Positions 46,032 through 55,832 of a stretch of 64,000 nt of DNA are shown piece after piece. The notes beneath the pieces are model-generated. The model did not search any database. It saw only the letters and a list, made by a program, of their open reading frames with translations, and was not told the origin of the DNA. Position numbers and translations under genes: made by a program. Origin of the DNA: Candidatus Acidiferrales bacterium (GTDB lineage: Bacteria > Acidobacteriota > Terriglobia > Acidiferrales > UBA7541); assembly GCA_963763395.1 (NCBI GenBank), contig CAVXOG010000015.1, positions 156,235-220,234 of the forward strand, read 5' to 3'. The first letter of the stretch is position 1, and every line of letters starts with the position of its first letter.

Positions 46032-46982
46032 TTAATCGATAACCGCTGGTTCCAAAATTTCCAGTGTGCCTTCCCCGGTGGCGTCTAGTCGCGCCTGCAC
46101 ACCCAGTGGGACCGTGAGCATTGCCCGCTTGGTGTGACCAATGGGAGCTCCGAAAACAACGGGAATGCCCAGTGGCCCCAGAATCCGTTCGCAGACTTTA
46201 CCGACCGAGGGACTGCCCTTCACCGGTGGCTCGCATCCCGGGAAGTCTCCCAACACAATTCCATGAACATTTTGAAACTTGCCAGCCTGCTTCAAATGCA
46301 TAAGCACACGATCCACCTGGTAGGGTTTCATGTGCGTGTCTTCCAACACCAGAATTGCGCCTTCCGTATCCAGTTCCCAGGGAGTGCCGATAGTGGTCTG
46401 CAGGATCGTGAGGCACCCACCCAGAACTTTTCCCTCGGCCTTGCCCCGCCGCAAAGATTCTCCACCAAGTTTCACGGACCACGTTCCAATCGTCTTCGTC
46501 ACGCCATTGAGAAAAGACTCTTCGTCATAGCCCGGTGAAGCATCTGAACTCCCGGAGAACCCGGCCAGGAGCATTGGCCCTTGAAATGTGACCCAACCGT
46601 GCTTCTGCCAAAGGAAAATCTGGAGCGTGGTGAGATCGCTGTATCCGATCACACACTTTGCAGGACCTACCTCTGCGTCGAGCAACGAATCGAGTAGATA
46701 GGTTGAACCGTACCCGCCTCGCAGTGCCACCAAAGCAGTGATCGATTTATCTCGCAGAGCACTCAGAAACCCTGTCGTTCGTCCCTCTAAGGATCCGGCA
46801 AAATAGCCTGAGGGGAGAATTTCATGCGCTTGCACAACCCCAAAACCCAGGCGATTCAATTCCTGCAATCCCTGGCGGATCGCCATGTCATCGTTTGGAG
46901 GAGAAGCAGGCGCAAAAAAAGCGATAGTCGATCCTTTGCGAAGTGCCTTAGGCTTGCGTACCGCCATCGGGCCTGCGCTCAT
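46032..46982 (-). CDS. ldcA: LD-carboxypeptidase (peptidase S66)
   Basis: AFFAPASP, GYSDLT (nucleophile) and IGHT blocks. ATG 46982 overlaps the mgtC stop (ATGA). The track start at 47249 lies inside mgtC. Confidence 0.85.
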   Translation of the reverse strand: MSAGPMAVRKPKALRKGSTIAFFAPASPPNDDMAIRQGLQELNRLGFGVVQAHEILPSGYFAGSLEGRTTGFLSALRDKSITALVALRGGYGSTYLLDSLLDAEVGPAKCVIGYSDLTTLQIFLWQKHGWVTFQGPMLLAGFSGSSDASPGYDEESFLNGVTKTIGTWSVKLGGESLRRGKAEGKVLGGCLTILQTTIGTPWELDTEGAILVLEDTHMKPYQVDRVLMHLKQAGKFQNVHGIVLGDFPGCEPPVKGSPSVGKVCERILGPLGIPVVFGAPIGHTKRAMLTVPLGVQARLDATGEGTLEILEPAVID

Positions 46983-47641
46983 GAGTGACGGCTTTCGACG
47001 GGAACTACTTCGGTGATTACATCCTGGCGGTTGAACTGCGCGATGATCAGTTCCTGCTGGTGATGGCTTACTTCGGATTCGAATTCCACGATCGATTTTG
47101 TCCCAACCATCGAGACACGGAAATGCTGCATGTTGATTTTTAAACCGCTCAGAAAACGCTGTACTTCGCCGGCAACATTGTCGGCATGCGAAGTAGTCAT
47201 CCGAAATAAAACGGCGTGCCCCTTCAGTCCAAAGCGGTCGGCTGCCCATGCCAGCACAACCAAGGCAAATAACACGATTAAGGTTGCGGCTCCCCCCACC
47301 GCGTACAGTCCGCCGCCCACGGCCATGCCGATGGCAGCTTCAACAAAGATCGTAGCGGCTGTGGTCATGCCTACTACGCCTGCGCTATCGCGGAGGATGG
47401 CCCCCGCGCCAAGAAAACCAATGCCCTGGACGATGTTCGATGCGATGCGAGTCGAACCAGTGTCCCCCCAGCGGTGAGACAGTTCACTCGAGAGCACTGT
47501 GAACAGTGCCGTGGCCATGCATACGAACATGCTGGTGCGAATCCCGGCGGGACGGCGGCGGAGGTCTCGTTCGACACCAATTGCCGCGCCGAGAGCGCCC
47601 GCAAATAACAGCCGTATCAGTATTTCATGAAAACTGAGCAT
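46979..47641 (-). CDS. mgtC: MgtC/SapB family membrane protein
   Basis: 220 aa. GIRTSMFVCMATALF and VQGIGFLGAGAIL blocks, plus a C-terminal ACT-like domain. Confidence 0.85.
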   Translation of the reverse strand: MLSFHEILIRLLFAGALGAAIGVERDLRRRPAGIRTSMFVCMATALFTVLSSELSHRWGDTGSTRIASNIVQGIGFLGAGAILRDSAGVVGMTTAATIFVEAAIGMAVGGGLYAVGGAATLIVLFALVVLAWAADRFGLKGHAVLFRMTTSHADNVAGEVQRFLSGLKINMQHFRVSMVGTKSIVEFESEVSHHQQELIIAQFNRQDVITEVVPVESRHS

Positions 47642-47682
47642 TCCGGATTGGGCCCACGCCCTTCTCTGGAAATTCTACTGAA

Positions 47683-48591
47683 CTACAGTTTGAATTGTGT
47701 CAATTTCGCAAAGTGCCGTGCTCTGGCGTGTATCTCCGCCCTCTTCAGCTTCAACAATCGCTCCAATCCGAAGCGTTCCACCGCAAAACTGCCGAGCACG
47801 GAGCCAAACACCATGGCGCGTCTAAGGGCGACATCATTTGTGCTTCCAGCCCCCGCCAGGTAGCCCATGAAACCTCCGGCAAAACTGTCTCCAGCACCCG
47901 TGGGATCGTGGGGCTCCTCCAGTGGGAAACCAGGAATGCAGAACACTCCATGCTTATCCACCATCATGGCTCCATACTCACCGCGTTTGACGACCAGGGC
48001 CGATGGGCCCATTTTGAATATGTGCTTGGCGGCTCGCAGCAGATTGTATTCGCTGGACAGTTGCCGAGTTTCGGAATCATTGATCATCAGAACGTCGACA
48101 TGCTTCAGAGTCTCTCTCAGGTCCGCGTTACTGCCTTCGATCCAGTAATTCATCGTGTCCATAGCTACGAGCTTGGGAGTGTCCTTCACCTGCTTCAAAA
48201 CGTCGTGCTGCAACGAAGGGGCGATATTCGCAAGAAATACGTACTTGGAATTGCGATATTTTTCGGGCAAACGAGGCTTAAAGTCCGCGAAGACGTTCAG
48301 CTCCGTCGCCAGCGTGACTCGTTCGTTGAGGTTTTCTGAATAGCGTCCGGCCCAAAAGAAGCATTTGCCTGGGGCACGTTCGAGCCCTTCAATATCGATC
48401 GAACGTTTGTGGAAGATGGCTTCGTCTTTGGCGTGAAAATCTTCGCCAACGATAGCCACCAGATTCACATGAGTGAAAAACGAAGCGGCGATGGAAAAGT
48501 AAGTTGCCGCGCCACCCAGTGTGCGTTCCACCTTTCCATAGGGGCTTTCCAGCGCATCATAAGCAACCGAACCGACAACGAGTAAGGACAC
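47683..48591 (-). CDS. PfkB family carbohydrate/nucleoside kinase
   Basis: PfkB signature DPTGAGDSFAGGF near the C-terminus. Confidence 0.8.
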   Translation of the reverse strand: MSLLVVGSVAYDALESPYGKVERTLGGAATYFSIAASFFTHVNLVAIVGEDFHAKDEAIFHKRSIDIEGLERAPGKCFFWAGRYSENLNERVTLATELNVFADFKPRLPEKYRNSKYVFLANIAPSLQHDVLKQVKDTPKLVAMDTMNYWIEGSNADLRETLKHVDVLMINDSETRQLSSEYNLLRAAKHIFKMGPSALVVKRGEYGAMMVDKHGVFCIPGFPLEEPHDPTGAGDSFAGGFMGYLAGAGSTNDVALRRAMVFGSVLGSFAVERFGLERLLKLKRAEIHARARHFAKLTQFKL

Positions 48592-48600
48592 GGAGATCTC

Positions 48601-49530
48601 CTAGGACAAATACTTCTTGAGGATGGCAGACAGATCTTTCTTTGTTTTGGCCGGAACAACTTTGGGATCGGTAAGAATTGCGTGGTTCAGCGCATCGCCG
48701 CACTTACAGGAGCGGTCCGTCGGAACCGTTTTGACCGCCTCTCGCAAAACGTTCTGTGCATTCGTCGCGTTCTGGTTCAGCGTCGCAATGATTTGCGCCA
48801 CCGTTACCGACTCGTGATCGGGGTGCCAGCAGTCGAAATCCGTGATCATCGCAATCGTCGAATAGCATATCTCTGCTTCGCGCGCCAGTTTGGCCTCGGT
48901 CACGTTCGTCATGCCGACCACTTCGAACTTCATCGCGCGATGAAAATTCGCTTCTGCCAAAGTTGAGAACTGCGGTCCCTCCATGCACACATACGTGCCT
49001 TTGCGATGCACCGGGACTCCAGTGGAAACACAGGCATCGGCAAGCACACCGGAAAGCTGCGTGCATGTCGGCTTGTCAAACGTCACGTGAGCAACGAGCC
49101 CGTTCCCAAAGAACGTCGAAACACGCCCCTTGGTGCGATCGAAAAACTGGTCTGCCACCAGGAACTCCCCAGGGCGAAGATTCTCTTGGAGCGATCCGAC
49201 GGCACTGACAGAAATGATTCGCTGTACGCCCAAAAGCTTCATGGCATAAACGTTCGCCCGAAAATTCAGTTCGCTGGGCATAATTCGATGGCCCCGTCCG
49301 TGCCTGGCCAAAAAGGCCACTCGCTTCCCTTCCAGTGTGCCAACAACGAAAGCGTCCGAGGGATCACCGAAGGGAGTCTTCACGCGAATCTCTCGCGTAT
49401 CCGCCAGTCCGGTCATCGAATAGAGTCCGCTGCCTCCGATGATGCCAATGTCTGCGACACGGCCGTTCCCCTTCGCCGGGCCATTTTTCGTCGCCGCAGA
49501 CTTCCCCTTCGTGTTTTTCGCTTTTGCCAT
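48601..49530 (-). CDS. mtnP: S-methyl-5'-thioadenosine phosphorylase
   Basis: GIIGGSGLY, LARHGRGHR and VGMT blocks of the PNP/MTAP family. Confidence 0.88.
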   Translation of the reverse strand: MAKAKNTKGKSAATKNGPAKGNGRVADIGIIGGSGLYSMTGLADTREIRVKTPFGDPSDAFVVGTLEGKRVAFLARHGRGHRIMPSELNFRANVYAMKLLGVQRIISVSAVGSLQENLRPGEFLVADQFFDRTKGRVSTFFGNGLVAHVTFDKPTCTQLSGVLADACVSTGVPVHRKGTYVCMEGPQFSTLAEANFHRAMKFEVVGMTNVTEAKLAREAEICYSTIAMITDFDCWHPDHESVTVAQIIATLNQNATNAQNVLREAVKTVPTDRSCKCGDALNHAILTDPKVVPAKTKKDLSAILKKYLS

Positions 49531-49548
49531 TCCCTGTTCTCCTGGAAT

Positions 49549-50391
49549 TTACCGGTTCAGGTCCACCGGTTCGATCTCGATTTTGCCGTTGTGTTCGTGG
49601 AGCGTTGCTGCCTGCACATCAGGGTCATGCCCAAATACAACGATCCAGCCCTCTTTCACGATCTGAGGAACCCACTTTCGCTTCGTTTCGAGGGTCTGCA
49701 ATGGATACAAGTCATACGCCATGATCCAAGGCAATGGAATATGGTGACGGGTCGGAAGCAAATCTGCAACAAAGACCAGCGTCTTTCCACCTCCGGTCAG
49801 TTTTACCGCCTGTATTCCCGCGTTATGGCCGGGAACGGGTTCGACGGAAATGCCTGGCAGTATCTCCGCGTTGCCATCGACCAGGTCCCATTGTCGCGTA
49901 TCGATCATCGGCTGATAGTTCTCCACAAGGTAGCTGGCACGGTCGCGTTCTGTTGGCTGGAAGGCATGCTCCAATTCGTTCTTTTGCACCACGTAGCGAG
50001 CGCGCGCAAAAGTGGGAACGGCCCGGCCATCCATAAAATGAGTATTGCCACCCGCATGGTCGAAATGCAGATGCGTGTTGATCACGATATCGATTTCCCT
50101 GGGTGAGACGCTCGCATTGTGCATCGAATCGAGCAGAGGATCTCCCTCCGGGATCCCGTAAATGTTTCTTAGTTTGGTCTCGAGCTTGGTGCCATTTCCG
50201 GTTTCGATCACGATCGTCTTGCCTGCGGCACGAACCAGCAGCGAATTTGCACGCATGCGGATCCGATTTCGTTCATCCGGTGGCGATTTCTTTTCCCACA
50301 GTGTCTTCGGCACCACGCCGAACATCGCGCCGCCGTCCAGACCGAACGGACCGCCATCGAGGTACTTGATTTCTATATCGCCTAGATGCAT
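49549..50391 (-). CDS. MBL-fold metallohydrolase, AiiA-type lactonase-like
   Basis: NTHLHFDHAGGN zinc motif, identical in form to the AiiA HLHFDHAGG block. Confidence 0.75.
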   Translation of the reverse strand: MHLGDIEIKYLDGGPFGLDGGAMFGVVPKTLWEKKSPPDERNRIRMRANSLLVRAAGKTIVIETGNGTKLETKLRNIYGIPEGDPLLDSMHNASVSPREIDIVINTHLHFDHAGGNTHFMDGRAVPTFARARYVVQKNELEHAFQPTERDRASYLVENYQPMIDTRQWDLVDGNAEILPGISVEPVPGHNAGIQAVKLTGGGKTLVFVADLLPTRHHIPLPWIMAYDLYPLQTLETKRKWVPQIVKEGWIVVFGHDPDVQAATLHEHNGKIEIEPVDLNR

Positions 50392-50403
50392 GAACGTGAG
50401 CCC

Positions 50404-51399
50404 TCAGTCGACGAAACGGCTTTCTTTCAAAATCCGGCTTACGGCTGTGAATGGATCAATCTTTCGAGTTGCCACTTGTGCCGCAAAATCGTGTAGTTTC
50501 TCCTTGCCGCCCTCTCTACCCAGAATCTTCTGAAGCACGCGCGATTCGAGCAACTCAACCAGGCGCTTCTCCCAATGCTGGACATGTTTCTTTTCACGAT
50601 CGCCACTGGACTCAAAGTGTTTGCGGAATTTTGCAATCGTCTCCGCCAGCACATCCACGCCTTTATCTTCCGATGCCACCGTTCGAACCACCGGGGGATG
50701 CCAACCGTCGCGCGGCATCACCAGCGAGAGCATCGCGTGGAGTTGCTGCTCCAGTCGGTCGGCGCCCTCACGGTCTGATTTGTTCAGGACGAAGACATCG
50801 CCGATCTCCATCAGCCCAGCCTTCATATTCTGTATGTCGTCGCCCATGCCTGGAACCAGAATCACCATCACGCAATCAGCCAGCCGGACAATATCAATCT
50901 CATCCTGCCCGACGCCTACTGTTTCGATCAGTACCTGCCGTTTACCGGCAGCATCCAGCAAAAGAGCTACTTCCGCCGTAGCTCGTGCCAAGCCGCCCAG
51001 GAACCCGCGTGTAGCCATCGATCGTATAAACATGCCTTCATCGCCGGCATGTCCTTGCATACGAATCCTGTCACCCAGAATCGCACCCCCGGAATAGGGA
51101 CTGGTCGGGTCGACCGCAATTACTCCAACGGCTTCCTTGTTCTTGCGATGATACGCAGCCAGACGGTCAACCAGCGTGCTTTTGCCCGTGCCGGGCGCTC
51201 CCGTGATACCGGTCAGGTACGCTTTACCAGTTTGCGGAAACAGCCGGCGGAGCAGTTCTTCGGCTTCCGGTGCGTGGTTCTCGATAGCGGTAATTGCCCG
51301 GGAAATCGCGCGAACGTCGCCCTCGCGGATCTTGGAAGCCCAGTCCTGCACTTGAGAACTCATTCTTGCGAGAATCCTGGCTGAAGAAACAAACGGCAC
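50404..51399 (-). CDS. meaB: MeaB/ArgK-type G3E GTPase
   Basis: GITGAPGTGKSTLVDRL P-loop, ETVGVGQ and NKSD motifs. The start may be the internal ATG at 51363. Confidence 0.88.
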   Translation of the reverse strand: MPFVSSARILARMSSQVQDWASKIREGDVRAISRAITAIENHAPEAEELLRRLFPQTGKAYLTGITGAPGTGKSTLVDRLAAYHRKNKEAVGVIAVDPTSPYSGGAILGDRIRMQGHAGDEGMFIRSMATRGFLGGLARATAEVALLLDAAGKRQVLIETVGVGQDEIDIVRLADCVMVILVPGMGDDIQNMKAGLMEIGDVFVLNKSDREGADRLEQQLHAMLSLVMPRDGWHPPVVRTVASEDKGVDVLAETIAKFRKHFESSGDREKKHVQHWEKRLVELLESRVLQKILGREGGKEKLHDFAAQVATRKIDPFTAVSRILKESRFVD

Positions 51400-51414
51400 G
51401 AAGACATTCTTCTA

Positions 51415-52563
51415 TTATTTATTCCCAAGCAGCTGTCTAGCAATGACCAACTTTTGGATTTCACTGGTGCCCTCGCCGATCGTGCAGAGCTTTACGTCGC
51501 GGTAAAACTTCTCGGCCGGATAATCCTTGATGAAGCCATAGCCGCCGTGGATTTGCACGCACTCGTTGGCAACACGCACTGCCACCTCGCTGGCAAACAG
51601 TTTGGCCATGCTGGATTCGCGCGTAAACCGCACATTCTTGCGATCGGCGAGCCACGCCGCCTGATAAACCAGCAGTCTTGCTGCTTCAACTTCCGTGGCC
51701 ATGTCCGCCAGTTTGAATTGAATCGCCTGAAATTCACTGATGGCTTTGCCAAATTGTTTGCGCTGCTTGGCATACTTCGTTGCCGCCTCCAAAGCGCCTT
51801 GGGCCATTCCCAGCGCCAGAGCCGCAATCGATATGCGCCCTCCATCCAGAATCTTCAGGCTGCTGATGAATCCTTCCCCTTCGGGCCCCAGCAGATTTTC
51901 CGCGGGGACGTGACAGTCGGTGAAAACAACTTCAGACGTATCACTGGCGCGCATGCCCAGCTTGTTCTCTTTTTTGCCAGGTTTGAATCCAGGCAACCCC
52001 TTCTCCAGAATGAAAGCACTGATGCCGTGAGACTCCTTGGATTTGTCTGTCACCGCCATCGCCACGCAGATGTCGGCATAGTGGCCATTCGTGGTGAACG
52101 TTTTGGCGCCGTTAAGCACCCATTGGTTGCCCTGGCGAATCGCCGTTGTTCGGGTTCCGCCTGCGTCCGAACCCGCTTCCGGTTCAGTCAGGGACCAGGC
52201 ACCCAGTTTTTTGCCTTCCGCAAGCGGAACCAGGTATTTGCGTTTCTGCTCTTCTGTTGCAAATTTAAAGATGTGGTTGGAGCACAGTGAATTGTGCGCG
52301 GCGACAAAAAGCCCCACGGACCCATCCACCCGCGCAAGTTCCTCGATCACGGTGGCGTACTCTACGTACCCAAGTCCCGCGCCACCATATTGTTCAGGGA
52401 AAATGACGCCCATCAGGCCCATTTCGGCCAGCTTGGGCAGGATTTCGACCGGAAAATGAGACGCCTCGTCCCACTCCATCACATGGGGAGCGATTTCCCC
52501 TTCGGCAAACTCGCGTACCGTCTTACGGAGATGATTTTGTTCATCGGAAAAGGTGAAATCCAC
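51415..52563 (-). CDS. Acyl-CoA dehydrogenase
   Basis: 382 aa. [18 protein letters not shown] and [10 protein letters not shown] blocks. Confidence 0.9.
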   Translation of the reverse strand: MDFTFSDEQNHLRKTVREFAEGEIAPHVMEWDEASHFPVEILPKLAEMGLMGVIFPEQYGGAGLGYVEYATVIEELARVDGSVGLFVAAHNSLCSNHIFKFATEEQKRKYLVPLAEGKKLGAWSLTEPEAGSDAGGTRTTAIRQGNQWVLNGAKTFTTNGHYADICVAMAVTDKSKESHGISAFILEKGLPGFKPGKKENKLGMRASDTSEVVFTDCHVPAENLLGPEGEGFISSLKILDGGRISIAALALGMAQGALEAATKYAKQRKQFGKAISEFQAIQFKLADMATEVEAARLLVYQAAWLADRKNVRFTRESSMAKLFASEVAVRVANECVQIHGGYGFIKDYPAEKFYRDVKLCTIGEGTSEIQKLVIARQLLGNK

Positions 52564-52683
52564 GGGAACCTCGCCTGAAGGTTGTACAAATAGTCAGACT
52601 AAGTTTATCTTATGATGCGATTTTCTGCATCCCGAGGTTCTGAAGGTCGCAACAGACATCCGCGCCCGTAGTTGCCGCCAACA

Positions 52684-54522
52684 TCACCACCCGACAGGAT
52701 AGTTATTCTTCTTGTTCTGTTCGTCGAGCCAGGTCTTCAGCGGCGCGAAATAGTCCGCCAAGGCTGTCGCATCCAATTCTCGCTTGCCGGTCAACGCCTG
52801 TAATTCATCCGGCCATGGTTGGCTTTTGCCCATCGCCAGCATCTGATTCAGCTTTTCGCCGGCCTTCTTATTCCCGTAAATAGAACAACGATGCAGCGGA
52901 CCATCCACACCAGCTTCTTTGCATAGCGCCCGCTGAAACTGGAATTGATAGATGCGCGCGAGAAAATACCGCATGTACGGCACATTCCCCGGAACGTGGA
53001 ACTTCGCGCCAGGATCAAAATCTGCTTCACTGCGTGCTACGGGCGGCGCCACGCCCTGGTACTTCAAGCGGAGGTCCCACCATGCCTTGTTGTACTGCTC
53101 AGGCTTCACGGACCCGGAAAACACTTCCCAACGCCATTTATCGATGACCAGGCCAAACGGCAGAAACGCCACCTTCTCCAGCGCTTGCTGCAACAGGTAG
53201 TCCGTATCTCCCGAAGCTGGCGGCACTGTGTCAATCAGTCCGATCTGCTTCAAATACTCGGGCGTGACGGAGAGGGCCAGCGTATCGCCAACTGCCTCAT
53301 GGAAACCATCGTTGGCGCTGTCCCGGAACAACACGGGCTGCGTGTTATAGGCGCGCTGGTAGTAGTTGTGCCCCAGTTCGTGGTGGATGACCCGGAACTC
53401 TTCCTCCGTGGTCTGAATGCACATCTTCACCCGCAGATCGTCCTTGAAATCCACGTCCCAAGCACTGGCATGACACACCACATCGCGATCAGCAGGTTTC
53501 GTAAACAATGACCGTTCCCAGAAAGTGGCAGGAAGCGGGGCGAATCCTAATGACGAGAAGAAGTTCTCCCCGTACTTCACCATTCCGCGGGCGTCCGTCT
53601 TGCGCTCTTGTAGAATCTTCGTCAGGTCGTAACTCTGCGCGGGCTTCGGCGGATCCATCAAGTCATAGACGTTGTTCCACTCCTGCGCCCAGATATTGCC
53701 GAGCAAATGAGCGGGAATGGGCCCTGAAGGCGGCACGACCGTCGCGCCATATTTCTTGGCCAGTTGGCCTCGCACATACGCGTGCAAGGACAAATACAAT
53801 GGCTTCAACTGGTCCCACGTGTGATCCAGCTCTTTTGCAAACTGGTCGGGCGGCATGTCGTAGTTCGAACGCCACAGCGCGCCAACGTCGGAGTAACCCA
53901 GTTCCTTCGATCCTTGGTTGCCTAGTTCAACCATGCGAGCGTAGCGTTGGCGCATCGGTGCGCCAACCGCGTGCCACCCGATCCATGCGCGCTTTAACTC
54001 TTCCGGATCACGGCTTGTGGCGAGCAGTTTGCCAACTGCGGTCACATCCAGGCAAGGCTTGGCATTCCCGTCGGGACACCACTTCCCTTTCCCGTAATCG
54101 CCATCGAGCGACGCTAGAACCTGCGCCAGTTCTTTTTGTGATTTAGCATCATTTGGTGCCGGGAATCCCGTGGCAAGTTCCAGCAACAGTCGCTTACGGG
54201 CCAACTCCGGCGGCAATTGCAGCTTGTCGAAACGGTGCGCTTCCTTCGCATAGTTCGTGCTGGCCGTGTTCACTACCTCATTCGCATCCGCGGCGATCTG
54301 CTCGGTATCTTCCGTAATGAAATTTTCCGCTACCCAGGATGCGCGCGAAGCCTTCACTCCAAGGTCAAGCAACTTCTGCTCCGCATCATTAATGAACTTT
54401 GTTGCTTCTTCCACGGTGGGCGCCGCTGATTTGCTTTGCGACCAACTGGCAGGCGTGACTGTGAAACTGACTGCGAGGATTGCTACCCCGAGAACTCTTG
54501 TTCGATGACAGGCACAATTCAT
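52684..54522 (-). CDS. Secreted M2 family peptidyl-dipeptidase (angiotensin-converting-enzyme-like)
   Basis: HHELGHNYY zinc motif plus HEAVGDTLALSV, matching the ACE HEMGH / EAIGDVLALSV pair. Signal peptide present. Confidence 0.85.
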   Translation of the reverse strand: MNCACHRTRVLGVAILAVSFTVTPASWSQSKSAAPTVEEATKFINDAEQKLLDLGVKASRASWVAENFITEDTEQIAADANEVVNTASTNYAKEAHRFDKLQLPPELARKRLLLELATGFPAPNDAKSQKELAQVLASLDGDYGKGKWCPDGNAKPCLDVTAVGKLLATSRDPEELKRAWIGWHAVGAPMRQRYARMVELGNQGSKELGYSDVGALWRSNYDMPPDQFAKELDHTWDQLKPLYLSLHAYVRGQLAKKYGATVVPPSGPIPAHLLGNIWAQEWNNVYDLMDPPKPAQSYDLTKILQERKTDARGMVKYGENFFSSLGFAPLPATFWERSLFTKPADRDVVCHASAWDVDFKDDLRVKMCIQTTEEEFRVIHHELGHNYYQRAYNTQPVLFRDSANDGFHEAVGDTLALSVTPEYLKQIGLIDTVPPASGDTDYLLQQALEKVAFLPFGLVIDKWRWEVFSGSVKPEQYNKAWWDLRLKYQGVAPPVARSEADFDPGAKFHVPGNVPYMRYFLARIYQFQFQRALCKEAGVDGPLHRCSIYGNKKAGEKLNQMLAMGKSQPWPDELQALTGKRELDATALADYFAPLKTWLDEQNKKNNYPVGW

Positions 54523-54666
54523 GTACCCTCCCTTTTCAGGTACTCAGACGTATCAAACTGAAATTTGGTGTGCGCGACTACTGCTCTCGTCCAGCTATCT
54601 CACAAACCGCCATGCAACCGATGTGACGGCCAACGAGCGTGCAACCAGCCAGTCACCGGCACTCTA

Positions 54667-55782
54667 TCAGGAACTGGCGCCGAGCCTTTTTCCCACTACA
54701 GAATGCAATTCGATAAGCGCGCGAACGATGGCGTTGTGGTCCACATTCCAGTGCGTAACCATCCGAACCAGATACGGGGCGGTATCCTGCGCCCATACAT
54801 TGTTTTCGTGGAGGGCGTCGCATAACTCGACGGCATTCATCCCCGATCCGCTGCAATCGAAAATCACGATGTTGGTACGCACGCGAGTCGGATCAATCTT
54901 AAGTCCGGGAATCTGCGCTATGCCAACGGCAAGCGCTTTCGCATTGGCATGGTCTTCATGCAAACGCTGCGGCGATTTCTCCAGCGCCACCAATCCCGCC
55001 GCCGCAAGCACACCGACCTGTCGCATACCACCGCCAAACATCTTGCGATATACCCGCGCGCGTTCAATGAATTCCTTGGGACCAACAATCAGGGACCCGA
55101 CCGGAGCGCCCAACCCTTTTGAAAGGCAGAACATGACGGAGTCAACGCTCTTGGTCATCACGGAAACCGGTTCGTTCAGCGCCGCTGCGGCGTTAAAAAT
55201 CCGCGCACCGTCCATATGTACCTTCAAACCCAGGGCATGGGCGTTTTTGCAGATTTCATCGACACGCTCGGTCGGATACACAGTTCCACCCGCCATATTG
55301 CTGGTGTTTTCCAGGCAGATCAGCGCGGTTTGCGAGTCGTAGTAGATCTTCGGGCGAATGGCGGCTTCCACCTGTTTCCAGGTCATGATGCCATCTTCAC
55401 CACCACGAACTGCGCGCGGCATGCATCCTGCAATCGCCGACATCGAAGCAAGTTCGTACAGATTCACGTGTCCGCGCTCTTCGCAGACAACTTCGTTGCC
55501 ATGATGCGTCCAGATCTTAATCGCAATGAGATTGCCCATGCATCCCGTTGGAACAAAGAGGGCCGCCTCTTTACCAAAGATCTCCGCGGCCCGTTTTTGC
55601 AGCAGATTTACGGTTGGATCTTCGCCGTAAACGTCGTCGCCCACTTCCGCTGCCGCCATGGCCCGGCGCATCTCCTCGCTGGGGCGTGTAACGGTGTCGC
55701 TGCGAAGATCGATGGCGTTCTCCACCGCCCCCACATGATCCGGATCAACCAACTGATTTCCTTTTGCTACTGTGTAGCTCAT
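54667..55782 (-). CDS. ltaE: Low-specificity L-threonine aldolase
   Basis: DLRSDTVTRPSEEMRRAM...GDDVYGEDPTVN N-terminal block. PLP-lysine region FCLSKGLGAPVGS. Confidence 0.88.
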   Translation of the reverse strand: MSYTVAKGNQLVDPDHVGAVENAIDLRSDTVTRPSEEMRRAMAAAEVGDDVYGEDPTVNLLQKRAAEIFGKEAALFVPTGCMGNLIAIKIWTHHGNEVVCEERGHVNLYELASMSAIAGCMPRAVRGGEDGIMTWKQVEAAIRPKIYYDSQTALICLENTSNMAGGTVYPTERVDEICKNAHALGLKVHMDGARIFNAAAALNEPVSVMTKSVDSVMFCLSKGLGAPVGSLIVGPKEFIERARVYRKMFGGGMRQVGVLAAAGLVALEKSPQRLHEDHANAKALAVGIAQIPGLKIDPTRVRTNIVIFDCSGSGMNAVELCDALHENNVWAQDTAPYLVRMVTHWNVDHNAIVRALIELHSVVGKRLGASS

Positions 55783-55832
55783 TTTCCCTCACTCGGCCGA
55801 AAATCCAATTGCATGAATCATCGCGCATTCCG

